Positions 1-8,172 of a DNA stretch of 63,806 nt are shown in pieces. The translations under genes and the position numbers were made by a program. Below the pieces are notes generated by a model, which saw only the letters and a program-made list of their open reading frames with translations, was not told the DNA's origin and did no database searches. The stretch's first letter is position 1, and each line of letters starts with the position of its first letter. This stretch comes from a virus (taxonomy: Duplodnaviria; Caudoviricetes), in the IMG/VR virus record IMGVR_UViG_3300009136_000004, positions 1-63,806 of that record. The stretch is one strand, 5' to 3'.

Positions 1-221
1 CTGCATGTGAAGTCAAAGAGTTTCTGTGCGCTTTCTTCCGCGTCACCCTGGAACTCCAGCTTCCCACCCTCAGTCCAGCGTAGCTCGCCGATCTTTTCGT
101 TGTCCGGGTTACTGAACGTGATGTTAAAGATTGGCGGGTCAACCTTGAGGAACGTGAGTATCTCCTCTGCCGTCTCTTCTGCCTTCTGCTCTATACGATC
201 TTCGTGGCTGCTGTCTTCCAT
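1..221 (-). CDS. 5' part of hypothetical protein (full copy at 61999-62430), truncated by window edge
   Basis: ATG at 221 corresponds to ATG at 62430 in the repeat copy. Confidence 0.7.
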   Translation of the reverse strand, partial: MEDSSHEDRIEQKAEETAEEILTFLKVDPPIFNITFSNPDNEKIGELRWTEGGKLEFQGDAEESAQKLFDFTC

Positions 222-781
222 AGCTTTATGTCCTCTGCGTAATATGCTTCAAGTTCTTCCAGGCGATACGTCACCTCAGGCTTCTGTTCGGTGGTCACGT
301 TCTCACGTGGCAATCCGTATCCGTAGAAGCCTTCGTTCCCTTCCAGGCGAAGCCAGATGGGGTTCTTGCACCCTGAGTAGAGTTCGCTCTGTCGTTGCCA
401 TGCGAACGCATGAGCGCTGTTCCCTATCTTCTCATCAAACCACTCCTGACCGGCATCATCAAGGACCGCGTCAATCGTTTCTTCAAAGGCAGGACGACCG
501 ACCGTTTTGAAGTTGGTCACCGGATCACGGGTCTTCACTCCCACTGGAAGCAGCATGTACGCAGACGCGAGCCGCTTGATTGGATCACGTATGATGCACA
601 CTGCTTCTTCCGGCGTTTCCTTCAGGTCCACGGCGAACTCACCCATCCGTTGCGCAAAGAAGTAGAGAGACGTACTCCCTGACCTCGGTGCTGCTGCGAT
701 GTTGAACCTGTCATCCACCCTGTAATACTGCGGGATATAGAACCCGTTGATGCAAGGCGGAGCGTCTCTCTCTACGTTCAT
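191..781 (-). CDS. Sulfotransferase-family protein, allele A
   Basis: 5'-PSB-like loop APRSGSTSL and 3'-PB-like motif IIRDPIKRLASAY, typical of PAPS-dependent Sulfotransfer_2-type enzymes. Confidence 0.75.
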   Translation of the reverse strand: MNVERDAPPCINGFYIPQYYRVDDRFNIAAAPRSGSTSLYFFAQRMGEFAVDLKETPEEAVCIIRDPIKRLASAYMLLPVGVKTRDPVTNFKTVGRPAFEETIDAVLDDAGQEWFDEKIGNSAHAFAWQRQSELYSGCKNPIWLRLEGNEGFYGYGLPRENVTTEQKPEVTYRLEELEAYYAEDIKLWKTAATKIV

Positions 782-1338
782 GCTTCTTTCCTCTCTGTCC
801 TGTTGTAGTTAGTCCACTCTCGGTGGGGAATGCGGGTCTTCGCATCCGGCCAGAAGCTCCAGTCGTGCTTCAGCGGTCCAGTCATAATGATGGTGCTGAA
901 CGGCCGGAGCGGTTCGTGTACGAAGTGACGGTGAGACGCACGACGGAAGTGGAACCTCCAGGCACGGACCACTCGGCTGTTCATCCTGCCGTCCGGAGTC
1001 TGCACCGTCTCAGTGTAGCTACGGAACGGGAAGGTGATGAACCACCACGGATGATCATGCGGCGCTGCCTCCTCGTCTCCCTGATAGAAGGTATGGAACC
1101 TGAAGTTGATGGGACCGAGCCAGAGCATACGTCTGTCCAGGTAGAGACGATAGCACTGCTCGTCCTTCACCATTATCTCTTCAGGGTTCAACGCTTCAAC
1201 TCGCAGTGCTTCTATCGGTTTGCATGGGAACCAGACCTGATCGTGGATGTAACCCCATCGGCGGCGATACGTTCCCTTCGGCCAGTCACCGACCAGTTCA
1301 ACGTGACTCTTACGCTTCGCGGATAACGCTGCCATCAC
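778..1338 (-). CDS. Cupin-fold metal-binding phage protein (HDHPW family), allele A
   Basis: D-x4-P-HDHPW, downstream YTE, second His cluster (SHRH) and TG-x5-W-x-F. Confidence 0.65.
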   Translation of the reverse strand: MMAALSAKRKSHVELVGDWPKGTYRRRWGYIHDQVWFPCKPIEALRVEALNPEEIMVKDEQCYRLYLDRRMLWLGPINFRFHTFYQGDEEAAPHDHPWWFITFPFRSYTETVQTPDGRMNSRVVRAWRFHFRRASHRHFVHEPLRPFSTIIMTGPLKHDWSFWPDAKTRIPHREWTNYNRTERKEA

Positions 1339-2044
1339 GCACCTCCAGTCGGTTCAGTTCTACTAGGTAGCGCACGAGTCCGGGGATATCCTTGTCGTTG
1401 ATGTACGGTGTCACGTACCCGCTCCACTCATACAAGTGAACGAAGGTCTGTATGACGATGCCGTCCTTGTCTTCCACCTTGACACGGTATCCCTCCGGGT
1501 TGAAGCTCTGTTCAAACTCAATAGCGCAGTCATCCCACGTCAGCTCGCCGTACTGCGTGAGCTTCGGCTTCTCATACGGCTTCTTCGGCAGTCCTGTACA
1601 GAACTCTCGTTGCGCTGTCTCTGTTGCTGCCTCGTCGCACTCCTCCAGCTTGTGATAGATCTCATTGACGAACCCGGCTGTCCACGGCCGGAAACACGTC
1701 ATCTCCAGGCGCGACGGGAAAGTACCACGGAAGCAGATGGCTCTGTCATCAACGGTCAGGAACGCGGCTGGCTTCTGCGTCGGCATCCCTATCACGTCCC
1801 AGTACTTCAGTCCGTGTCGCTTGAGCCACGCTCGCATCGCGTCTATCGCTCCCTCTTCCTTGCTCCTGCTGCTGTAGATCTGCGGATCCCACTCCGGATG
1901 GTCGCACAGTTCATTCAGCCACTCTATCGCACCCTTGACAGGCGGATCAGGTATCTCGGTGGCTCCCTTCCATCCACTCAGGTAGCTATGGATCACTCCA
2001 TCAAAGTCTACGCAGAGTATCTTTGCTCTCTTCTCTTTACTCAC
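1310..2044 (-). CDS. HAD-superfamily phosphatase/nucleotidase with C-terminal extension
   Basis: Motif I VDFDGVI, motif II YSSR, motif III/IV KP...VDDR. Confidence 0.8.
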   Translation of the reverse strand: MSKEKRAKILCVDFDGVIHSYLSGWKGATEIPDPPVKGAIEWLNELCDHPEWDPQIYSSRSKEEGAIDAMRAWLKRHGLKYWDVIGMPTQKPAAFLTVDDRAICFRGTFPSRLEMTCFRPWTAGFVNEIYHKLEECDEAATETAQREFCTGLPKKPYEKPKLTQYGELTWDDCAIEFEQSFNPEGYRVKVEDKDGIVIQTFVHLYEWSGYVTPYINDKDIPGLVRYLVELNRLEVRDGSVIREA

Positions 2045-4032
2045 GGTTTCTTCCTCCTCGTTGTTTTCTTCTTGCCTATCGGCGTCATCTTCTTCTCGTA
2101 GTTAGCAGCCCACTCAGTGTTCCGCCCGACGCGTTCCCTCCAGTAGTCCAAGTTCTGTATCGCGAAGAGCCTGACCTGCTTCTTGTTGCTCAGCCTGACT
2201 GGACTGGCGTTCCTCACTGCTCCCAGCGTTGTCAATGCGTTGCTCAGTTGCACCCTGTTCCCACTGCGTTCCAGGTCCTCGGGCATCCATTGCATCAGGT
2301 TCTCTATGCTGAACACGTCACGCTTCAGGGTCGCTCTGGCTGTCTGTTCGTCCCACTTGCTTGCCACTATGCTCTCAGGGTCCGTAAGCAGGTCAGCGAC
2401 CCACTGCTGGACGCTAGTGAGACCCGCGTTCTGCATCTGCCTCTTCTCGTCAGTGATAGGTGGCGGAGCGTACGGATCAAACTTGCTCAGGTCTACGCTG
2501 TTCTGTAGGTAGTACATGAACGCACTCGGTCCGCCGTCCTTCTTCCTCCACTTGTCAAGGCTCTGCCAGAACTTCAGCGGTCGCGCCTTGTCTAGCTTGC
2601 CAACGAAGAACCGACGGTCACTCTGGTCCAGGATGATGGCGTCCGGCTTGTTACTGGTGAACATGAAGTTCGCGCAGTTCGGTAGCTTGTACGACGGCAC
2701 ATACTTCTCATTCACTGTCACCGTGTCACCCGTGATCATGTGCTTGAGTATCCCCGCGTCCGCGCGGCTCCGCGTCTGGCTGACCTCCTCGCCGAGGATG
2801 AACTGCTTGTTCCTCATCCATACCATGCTGTCATCGTGCAGTTCAACGGAGCTGATGACGTTGCTGTTCTCGCCATAGATATCGCGCATCACGTCACCGA
2901 TGAAGGTCTTGCCGGTTCCCTGCTCCACACTCCATACAAGGACCGCAGTGAACATCTTCACTCCCGGGTACTGGATAGGGTATGCCAGCCACTTGAGCAG
3001 CCACTCCCATCCGTCAATGCTCCGTATGACCTCCAGGAACTCTTTGCAGTTTCCGCGGCTCGGCTCCACTCCCCATCCACGCCAGTCGTTGACGCATCCC
3101 TCCACGAACTGAGGCTGTCCAGGCGCATAGGTCATTCGGTCTGCCTTCCGCATGAACGGCCATCGCGCCCACTCATCTATCGCGGCTATCGGCTTCCCTG
3201 CTTCACTGAGGATGGTGATCGCTCCGTAGTTACGCTTCAGTCGGCCGACGTCGCCGTATAGGATGCGGTCATAGATGCTGAAGTATCCTTGGATGTCCTT
3301 GATGTATACAAGGTCATCGTTCAGGTTGCTCATCTGCACACTGTTGTCAGCCTCGAAGCACTCCAGCCTCTGGTATGCCTTCACTCCCTTCTCTACAAGG
3401 AAGTCGTCTAGCTTGCTCAGTCCCTCCGTCATTGGTAAGTAGCGCACGAACACTCGCGCTCCCTTCTTCGTTAGCATGGCAGTCAGCGCATCCAGCGCCT
3501 TCGCCACGTTGTCATTCGTATACATGTCCCCGTCGTAACAGATCTCAACCTCGCGGTCCTTCAAGTTGAACCAACTCCAGTCCGGTATCTCCTTGAGATG
3601 CCACTTCTTAGCAGTGAATGACCAGACGCCTCCGAGCGCAATACATGGCAGTCCCATGTTCGTAGCGCAAGCGGCTTTCTTTTCCCCTTCAGTAATGATG
3701 ATGCGCTTGCTCGTGTCGGCGCAGACCTTCTCCCAGTCAATAAGCTGAGGGAGGTACAGTCTAGGAATGGTCTTCTCTACTTGTATATACTTCGGCTGAT
3801 TGCTTTCCACGATTGGAAAGAGCTTCCACCTTGTATAGTTCAGCGGTTCACCTCTCGGTCCAAAGTACGGTATCTCGTAAGAGACCGCGTCCTCAATACC
3901 CGTTAGTTCATACGTCTGGGTCTGGTTCAGCGGTTCACTGTACTTCAACTTCCGGATTGTGGCTGGCTTGCTGAGCCCGCTCTGGCTGAGGTCGTCCTTA
4001 CGCAAGGCGCGCATGACTTCCTTCTGGTTCAT
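2041..4032 (-). CDS. Primase-helicase (Toprim DUF3854-like + SF3 helicase DUF5906-like)
   Basis: IIITEGEKKA and YDGD Toprim motifs; Walker A QGTGKT, Walker B ILGEE, FTSN sensor, DRRF arginine finger. Confidence 0.88.
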   Translation of the reverse strand: MNQKEVMRALRKDDLSQSGLSKPATIRKLKYSEPLNQTQTYELTGIEDAVSYEIPYFGPRGEPLNYTRWKLFPIVESNQPKYIQVEKTIPRLYLPQLIDWEKVCADTSKRIIITEGEKKAACATNMGLPCIALGGVWSFTAKKWHLKEIPDWSWFNLKDREVEICYDGDMYTNDNVAKALDALTAMLTKKGARVFVRYLPMTEGLSKLDDFLVEKGVKAYQRLECFEADNSVQMSNLNDDLVYIKDIQGYFSIYDRILYGDVGRLKRNYGAITILSEAGKPIAAIDEWARWPFMRKADRMTYAPGQPQFVEGCVNDWRGWGVEPSRGNCKEFLEVIRSIDGWEWLLKWLAYPIQYPGVKMFTAVLVWSVEQGTGKTFIGDVMRDIYGENSNVISSVELHDDSMVWMRNKQFILGEEVSQTRSRADAGILKHMITGDTVTVNEKYVPSYKLPNCANFMFTSNKPDAIILDQSDRRFFVGKLDKARPLKFWQSLDKWRKKDGGPSAFMYYLQNSVDLSKFDPYAPPPITDEKRQMQNAGLTSVQQWVADLLTDPESIVASKWDEQTARATLKRDVFSIENLMQWMPEDLERSGNRVQLSNALTTLGAVRNASPVRLSNKKQVRLFAIQNLDYWRERVGRNTEWAANYEKKMTPIGKKKTTRRKKP

Positions 4033-4033
4033 C

Positions 4034-4342
4034 TCAGCCTCCTCGCTTCGTTACCTTCCTTCTCGGTCTCTTCTTCTTCTGCGTCCGCTCCAATACCAGC
4101 ATCTCCAGGGTGGAGCGAATCAACTCCTGGACACTGACGTCATCGTACTCCGCTATCGCTCTGAGGATGGTTAGGCTCCTCGCTTCGATATATAAAGGGT
4201 ACTGCGTCTTGTTGCGCAACGGGATGGTCTCCGCTATGCGTAGAGCCTCCTGGAACTTTGGCTCGACGGTTTTCAGCCGTTCACTTTCCACACTCTCACG
4301 CAACTGGTCGCGCAAGGTGTCGTCCTTCTTTGCTTGGCTCAC
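4034..4342 (-). CDS. Ribbon-helix-helix-like DNA-binding protein with basic tail
   Basis: GTG start at 4342 behind GAGGAGG; TQYPLYIEARSLTILRAIAEYDDVSVQELIRSTL fits the RHH pattern. Confidence 0.55.
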   Translation of the reverse strand: MSQAKKDDTLRDQLRESVESERLKTVEPKFQEALRIAETIPLRNKTQYPLYIEARSLTILRAIAEYDDVSVQELIRSTLEMLVLERTQKKKRPRRKVTKRGG

Positions 4343-4360
4343 GGTACTGCCTCCTCGGTT

Positions 4361-4420
4361 GTTTGCCACCTTATATATAGGCGGCATCGTAGTGTACCTA
4401 CTACCCTGTTCCGTACGCAA
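4361..4420 (-). promoter_or_regulatory. Putative sigma70 promoter and palindromic operator for the replication operon
   Basis: TTGCGT-18 nt-TACACT on the minus strand, then imperfect palindrome TGCCGCCTATATATAAGGTGGCA just before the RBS. Confidence 0.45.
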
Positions 4421-4465
4421 GCGACTAATTTTACAGGGTATTCGCGCGAGTACGACGATGCGATG

Positions 4466-4670
4466 CGAGCACGATACGAGCACGATACGTGATGCAGGTG
4501 CTTCAGGTGTTTTGCCATTGTTTACGGGGTTAAACTTTGCCGTCTTACCATGCGCGTATGTTATGCCTCTCTATTCAGTACTGCGTACTTCATACTATTA
4601 AGTGAGTGTATCATCGTATCACTAGTATCATTGCCCTCTGTAAGTGTATCGACTCTGAAGCAAGCGTATC
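4466..4670. repeat. GATAC/GTATC short repeat cluster in divergent intergenic region
   Basis: CGAGCACGATA x2 at 4466-4487; GTATC at 4608, 4616, 4625, 4646 and 4666. Confidence 0.6.
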
Positions 4671-4762
4671 GTCCTGTTTGCCGCCTTATATGTGAGGCAT
4701 CCTATGACCCCATTGGAGAGCGGCGCTGCTCCGGTGGTTCCACTCCGCTTCGGTGAGTTCAC
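4628..4762 (-). CDS. Possible 44-aa small protein
   Basis: GTG start behind GAGGAGGAAGTACC, the same leader used by real genes here; no recognisable motif. Confidence 0.3.
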   Translation of the reverse strand: MNSPKRSGTTGAAPLSNGVIGCLTYKAANRTIRLLQSRYTYRGQ

Positions 4763-4840
4763 GGTACTTCCTCCTCGTCGCTGCTAGAGTTCCCGCTGCC
4801 GAACTCGTCGCTCTCCATCTTTGAACAGGGAACTCAATGC

Positions 4841-5500
4841 GTGGCTCGGAAGAAGACAGCGAAGAAGAAGGTAACGAAGCGCAAGCCAGCCGGGAGCGCC
4901 GCCTCTCCGTCTTCGCGCGCGAAGAAGAAGGCTCCGACGAAGAAGAAGCGCAAGGTGACGAAGGCAGAGAGAAAGGCCACTCGTCCCACGAGGAGGAAGC
5001 CGAAGACGAACCACGACGAGGTGAAGGACTACTTCCAACGAGAGGATCTGGCACTGACCCCGAAGCTGACCGCCGAGCTGAAGCTTGTGTTCTGCCGAGC
5101 ATACGCACAGAGAGGCATCATCAGGGAGGGTACGACTGCGGCCGGAGTCAGCCGGAAGACGTATCAAAGGTGGAGGAAGGAGGACGAGGGGTTCAACGAG
5201 GCTTGCATGGAGGCGAAGCGGATGGCAGTAGATGTCCTGGAGAGCGAGGCTCACCGTCGTGCGGTGGATGGCTTCCAACGTCCGGTCATATACCAAGGAG
5301 AGGTCACAGAGACGTACACGGACTACAGCGACTCACTGTTATCAATGCTCATGCGCGGCAACAAGCCGGAGAAGTACAAGGAGCGCACAGAACACTCAGG
5401 CTCAGTCGGCAGACCGATGACCCTGGACGCAGAGGACAAGGAGGACGTCGTAGCGTCTATCCTTGGGATGATCAAAAACAAGCCTGACCCTGACCCATGA
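4841..5500 (+). CDS. terS: Terminase small subunit with Lys/Arg-rich N-terminal tail
   Basis: HTH (AGVSRKTYQRW), LESEAHRRAVDG...YSDSLLSMLMRGNKPEKY pattern, position upstream of TerL. Confidence 0.75.
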   Translation: MARKKTAKKKVTKRKPAGSAASPSSRAKKKAPTKKKRKVTKAERKATRPTRRKPKTNHDEVKDYFQREDLALTPKLTAELKLVFCRAYAQRGIIREGTTAAGVSRKTYQRWRKEDEGFNEACMEAKRMAVDVLESEAHRRAVDGFQRPVIYQGEVTETYTDYSDSLLSMLMRGNKPEKYKERTEHSGSVGRPMTLDAEDKEDVVASILGMIKNKPDPDP

Positions 5501-5624
5501 GGAGTCACATGATGAGAGCATGGAGAAGGTATGGTGCGTCACTACTTGCGTCGGTGACGGTAGAGCCTAGAGCCGCTTCGTGCTCTCTTCAGGTTACTGA
5601 GGCGCAGAAGCAAGGGAGAGAGAC

Positions 5625-5849
5625 ATGAGACCGAGTATCAAGTTGTTCATTGCGTTCCTTCTGGGACTGGTCGTTGCGATGCTGGTCGTTCCGGCGTTGA
5701 TGCCAGCCGAGGCGAAGGTTGACGTAGAGATATACAAGAACCGCGAGAGCGGAGAGCTGACGTACTGCGAGACAGGGACGCTCGTTGATCCACCGATGGA
5801 GCACATAGGGAGCGGGAAGATAGGCGAAAGCAAGGCTTCCGGCTGTTGA
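5625..5849 (+). CDS. Small membrane/secreted protein
   Basis: N-terminal hydrophobic helix; purine-rich RBS. Confidence 0.55.
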   Translation: MRPSIKLFIAFLLGLVVAMLVVPALMPAEAKVDVEIYKNRESGELTYCETGTLVDPPMEHIGSGKIGESKASGC

Positions 5850-5869
5850 CAACTGAGAGAGGAAGTACT

Positions 5870-6322
5870 ATGAATGACGCAGCACTAGAACAGAACGAAG
5901 CGGGAGATGAGTTGCCTGGAACGATGGCCGACGAGCAGAAGTTGCCGCCGACGGACAACGAGATAGAGTCCAACGAGATGCTCTGGCTCGTGGCGAAGAC
6001 GTGCCATGAAGTCAACCGAGCGTACTGTGCGGAGGTGACGCTGGATCACACTCACCTTCCATGGGAAGAGACGGCTCCGGAACTGCGAGCGAGCATCTAC
6101 GACGGAGTGGTGAAGCACTTCGAGAACCCCGAGCTGACGCCTGAGCAGTCGCATCAAGCATGGTGTGAGTATAAGGTGGCGGAGGGATGGACTCACGGAA
6201 GTGTGAAGGACGTGGAGGCGAAGACGCATCCGTGTCTGCTCCCGTATCCTCAACTCCATGCACATGAGAGAGCGAAGGACAGTCTGTTCGCCGCAGTGTG
6301 CAAGGCATTGTTCGGAGGCTGA
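5870..6322 (+). CDS. RyR-domain protein
   Basis: SHQAW...GWTHG..KD...KTHPCLLPY..L...ERAKD matches the RyR repeat; ATG 5870 behind GAGAGGAAG. Confidence 0.8.
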   Translation: MNDAALEQNEAGDELPGTMADEQKLPPTDNEIESNEMLWLVAKTCHEVNRAYCAEVTLDHTHLPWEETAPELRASIYDGVVKHFENPELTPEQSHQAWCEYKVAEGWTHGSVKDVEAKTHPCLLPYPQLHAHERAKDSLFAAVCKALFGG

Positions 6323-6323
6323 C

Positions 6324-7898
6324 GTGGCAACGAACCTCGGGCTCCAGCAGTTCTCTGCGTTTGACTACTCCGCCGTGGAGAAGTTAGACCTGGAGAACTT
6401 GCCTCCGGAGCTCGAGGATTACAAGCAGGACCTCCTTCAGTTCACCGAGGAGGAGCTTCACTTCCTGCGCTGGAGAATGATGTGGAAGAGCATGGCACGA
6501 CAGAAGCAACTTCCACCGAAAGAATTTGACGAGTATGTCAAAACGATTTGGGGAGTGCGGAGTGGTAGAGGGTTCGGCAAGACTCTATGCGCTGCGAACT
6601 GGCTCGGGGGCGAGGCAGCAGAACAGCCGGGTTTATTCGCGGTTGTTGCTCCGACGCACGACGACGTTCGCTACACTTGTTTTGAAGGTCCGACAGGTCT
6701 CTACTCCGTAATCCCCTCTTGTCTTATCGCTGACACGAACAGTCAGCTCCCCTCGTGTACCTTGTGGAACGGCTCGTTCATCCGTGGCTTCGCAGGGGAT
6801 ACACCAGAGCGTCTTCGTGGTCCTCAGCATCACAAGGCATGGTGTGACGAGATAGCCTCGTGGAAGTATCCACAGGACGCGTGGGATAACCTCTGGTTCG
6901 GACTCCGCCTCGGCGAGCATCCTCAAGTCCTATGGACCGGGACGCCGAAGCCGACGCCGTTCATGCGCCGACTGAACGCTGACCCGAACAACATTACGAC
7001 CGTCGGTAGTACCTATGAGAACCGCGAGAACCTGACGAAGGTCTTCTTCCAGAACGTGGCGAAGTACGAAGGCACGAAGGTCGGGCGACAGGAACTCTGG
7101 GGTGAGATCCTTGACCCTGAAGAGGAAGGCATAGTCAAGCGCTCACAGTGGCGCATCTGGCCGAACGAGAAGCCTCTGCCGAAGTTCCAGGTCATCATCA
7201 TGTCCATTGACCCATCCTTCAGCGAGAAGCAGCACGACAAGAAGAAGCAGGAGAACGACCCGTCGGCGTGTTCAGTCTGGGGGATGTTCAGTTGGAAGAA
7301 GGAGAGCCACGTCATGCTCCTGGATTGCTGGGAGGACTGGCTTGGACTGCCTGACCTTATAAAGAAGGTGAAGCGCGAGCGTCGCTTGACGTACGGAGAT
7401 GCTGATGAACCGTTGCTCCGGCCGAAGGGAATACGAGCGGGGAACAAGCCGAAGCATCAAGGCAAGCGCATTGACATGATCCTCATTGAAGAGAAGGCGA
7501 GTGGCATCAGTCTGCGTCAGTCTCTAGCGGCGGAGGACGTACTCACTCACGGATACAATCCTGGCAACGCCGACAAGCTCCTGCGTCTACATCTGTCGTC
7601 TCCGATGTGGGCTCATGCGCGTGTCTGGTGTATTGAAGGTGACGCGAAGGACGGCAACCCGAAGACGTACATGGACGGCCTCATCACTCAGGTCTGCTCG
7701 TACATCGGAGAGGGAAGCATTGAGCGTGACGACCTCCTGGACAGTACGACACAAGCGATGCGAGTGTTCATGGATAACTACATCGGTCCGCTCACTATTA
7801 AGAAGGACCCGGTTGAAGAGAAGCGGCAAGCTGCGCGGATGGCAGCAGAGAAGGCGAAGGCAGCAGCGAAGGGAGGAGTGAATCCTTATGACGGTTGA
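6324..7898 (+). CDS. terL: Terminase large subunit
   Basis: Walker A GRGFGKT, LRGPQ...WCDE Walker B, TGTP coupling motif, RNase H-like domain (SIDP...DDLLD); GTG start behind GGAGG. Confidence 0.95.
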   Translation: MATNLGLQQFSAFDYSAVEKLDLENLPPELEDYKQDLLQFTEEELHFLRWRMMWKSMARQKQLPPKEFDEYVKTIWGVRSGRGFGKTLCAANWLGGEAAEQPGLFAVVAPTHDDVRYTCFEGPTGLYSVIPSCLIADTNSQLPSCTLWNGSFIRGFAGDTPERLRGPQHHKAWCDEIASWKYPQDAWDNLWFGLRLGEHPQVLWTGTPKPTPFMRRLNADPNNITTVGSTYENRENLTKVFFQNVAKYEGTKVGRQELWGEILDPEEEGIVKRSQWRIWPNEKPLPKFQVIIMSIDPSFSEKQHDKKKQENDPSACSVWGMFSWKKESHVMLLDCWEDWLGLPDLIKKVKRERRLTYGDADEPLLRPKGIRAGNKPKHQGKRIDMILIEEKASGISLRQSLAAEDVLTHGYNPGNADKLLRLHLSSPMWAHARVWCIEGDAKDGNPKTYMDGLITQVCSYIGEGSIERDDLLDSTTQAMRVFMDNYIGPLTIKKDPVEEKRQAARMAAEKAKAAAKGGVNPYDG

Positions 7899-8172
7899 AC
7901 ACCTAGTCTGCCCTGAGTGCGACGATGAGATGGAGGTGGAGCTCCTTGAGTTCTGCGACCAGCATAACACCGTCCTTGATGCGCTGGTCATACAACGAGG
8001 CATGAGGGATGAAGAGCGGAACACTGTGGTTTCTACCATGCTGTTCGGCGTCGTGTCGTTCATGGGTCCTCAGGTGTTCAAGCAGCATGGGAACTGTCCA
8101 GTGTGCGTATTGGAAGGAACCCTGGAGCGAGCGTGTGACGAGGTCACCATGAAGAACAGGAAGATGAACTGA
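7888..8172 (+). CDS. Hypothetical protein, possibly Zn-binding
   Basis: CPEC, CDQH and CPVC motifs; overlaps neighbours. Confidence 0.6.
   Translation: MTVEHLVCPECDDEMEVELLEFCDQHNTVLDALVIQRGMRDEERNTVVSTMLFGVVSFMGPQVFKQHGNCPVCVLEGTLERACDEVTMKNRKMN

Larger units (their letters stand above)
1..1582. repeat. Left copy of diverged terminal direct repeat (assembly overlap)
   Basis: Matches 62210-63806. First 77 bp and 1226-1582 read as identical; many substitutions and a 15-bp length difference lie in between. Confidence 0.95.

Noticed and set aside
7-510. Plus-strand ORFs here and many other long antisense ORFs in the track (e.g. 823-1326, 33900-35021, 57153-58061)
   Set aside because: Shadow frames opposite motif-bearing genes; no RBS or motifs.
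78-1225. Diversity-generating retroelement (TR/VR pair) as explanation for the two diverged copies
   Set aside because: No reverse transcriptase seen; differences are not adenine-specific, are often synonymous and span more than 1 kb.
4837-5487. 216-aa alternative frame over terS
   Set aside because: Frame-shifted reading of the Lys-rich terS sequence; the terS frame has the family motifs.
7860-7880. AAKGGV at the TerL C-terminus as a GG tag
   Set aside because: Coincides with the GGAGGAG RBS of the next gene, and TerL is not normally capsid cargo.
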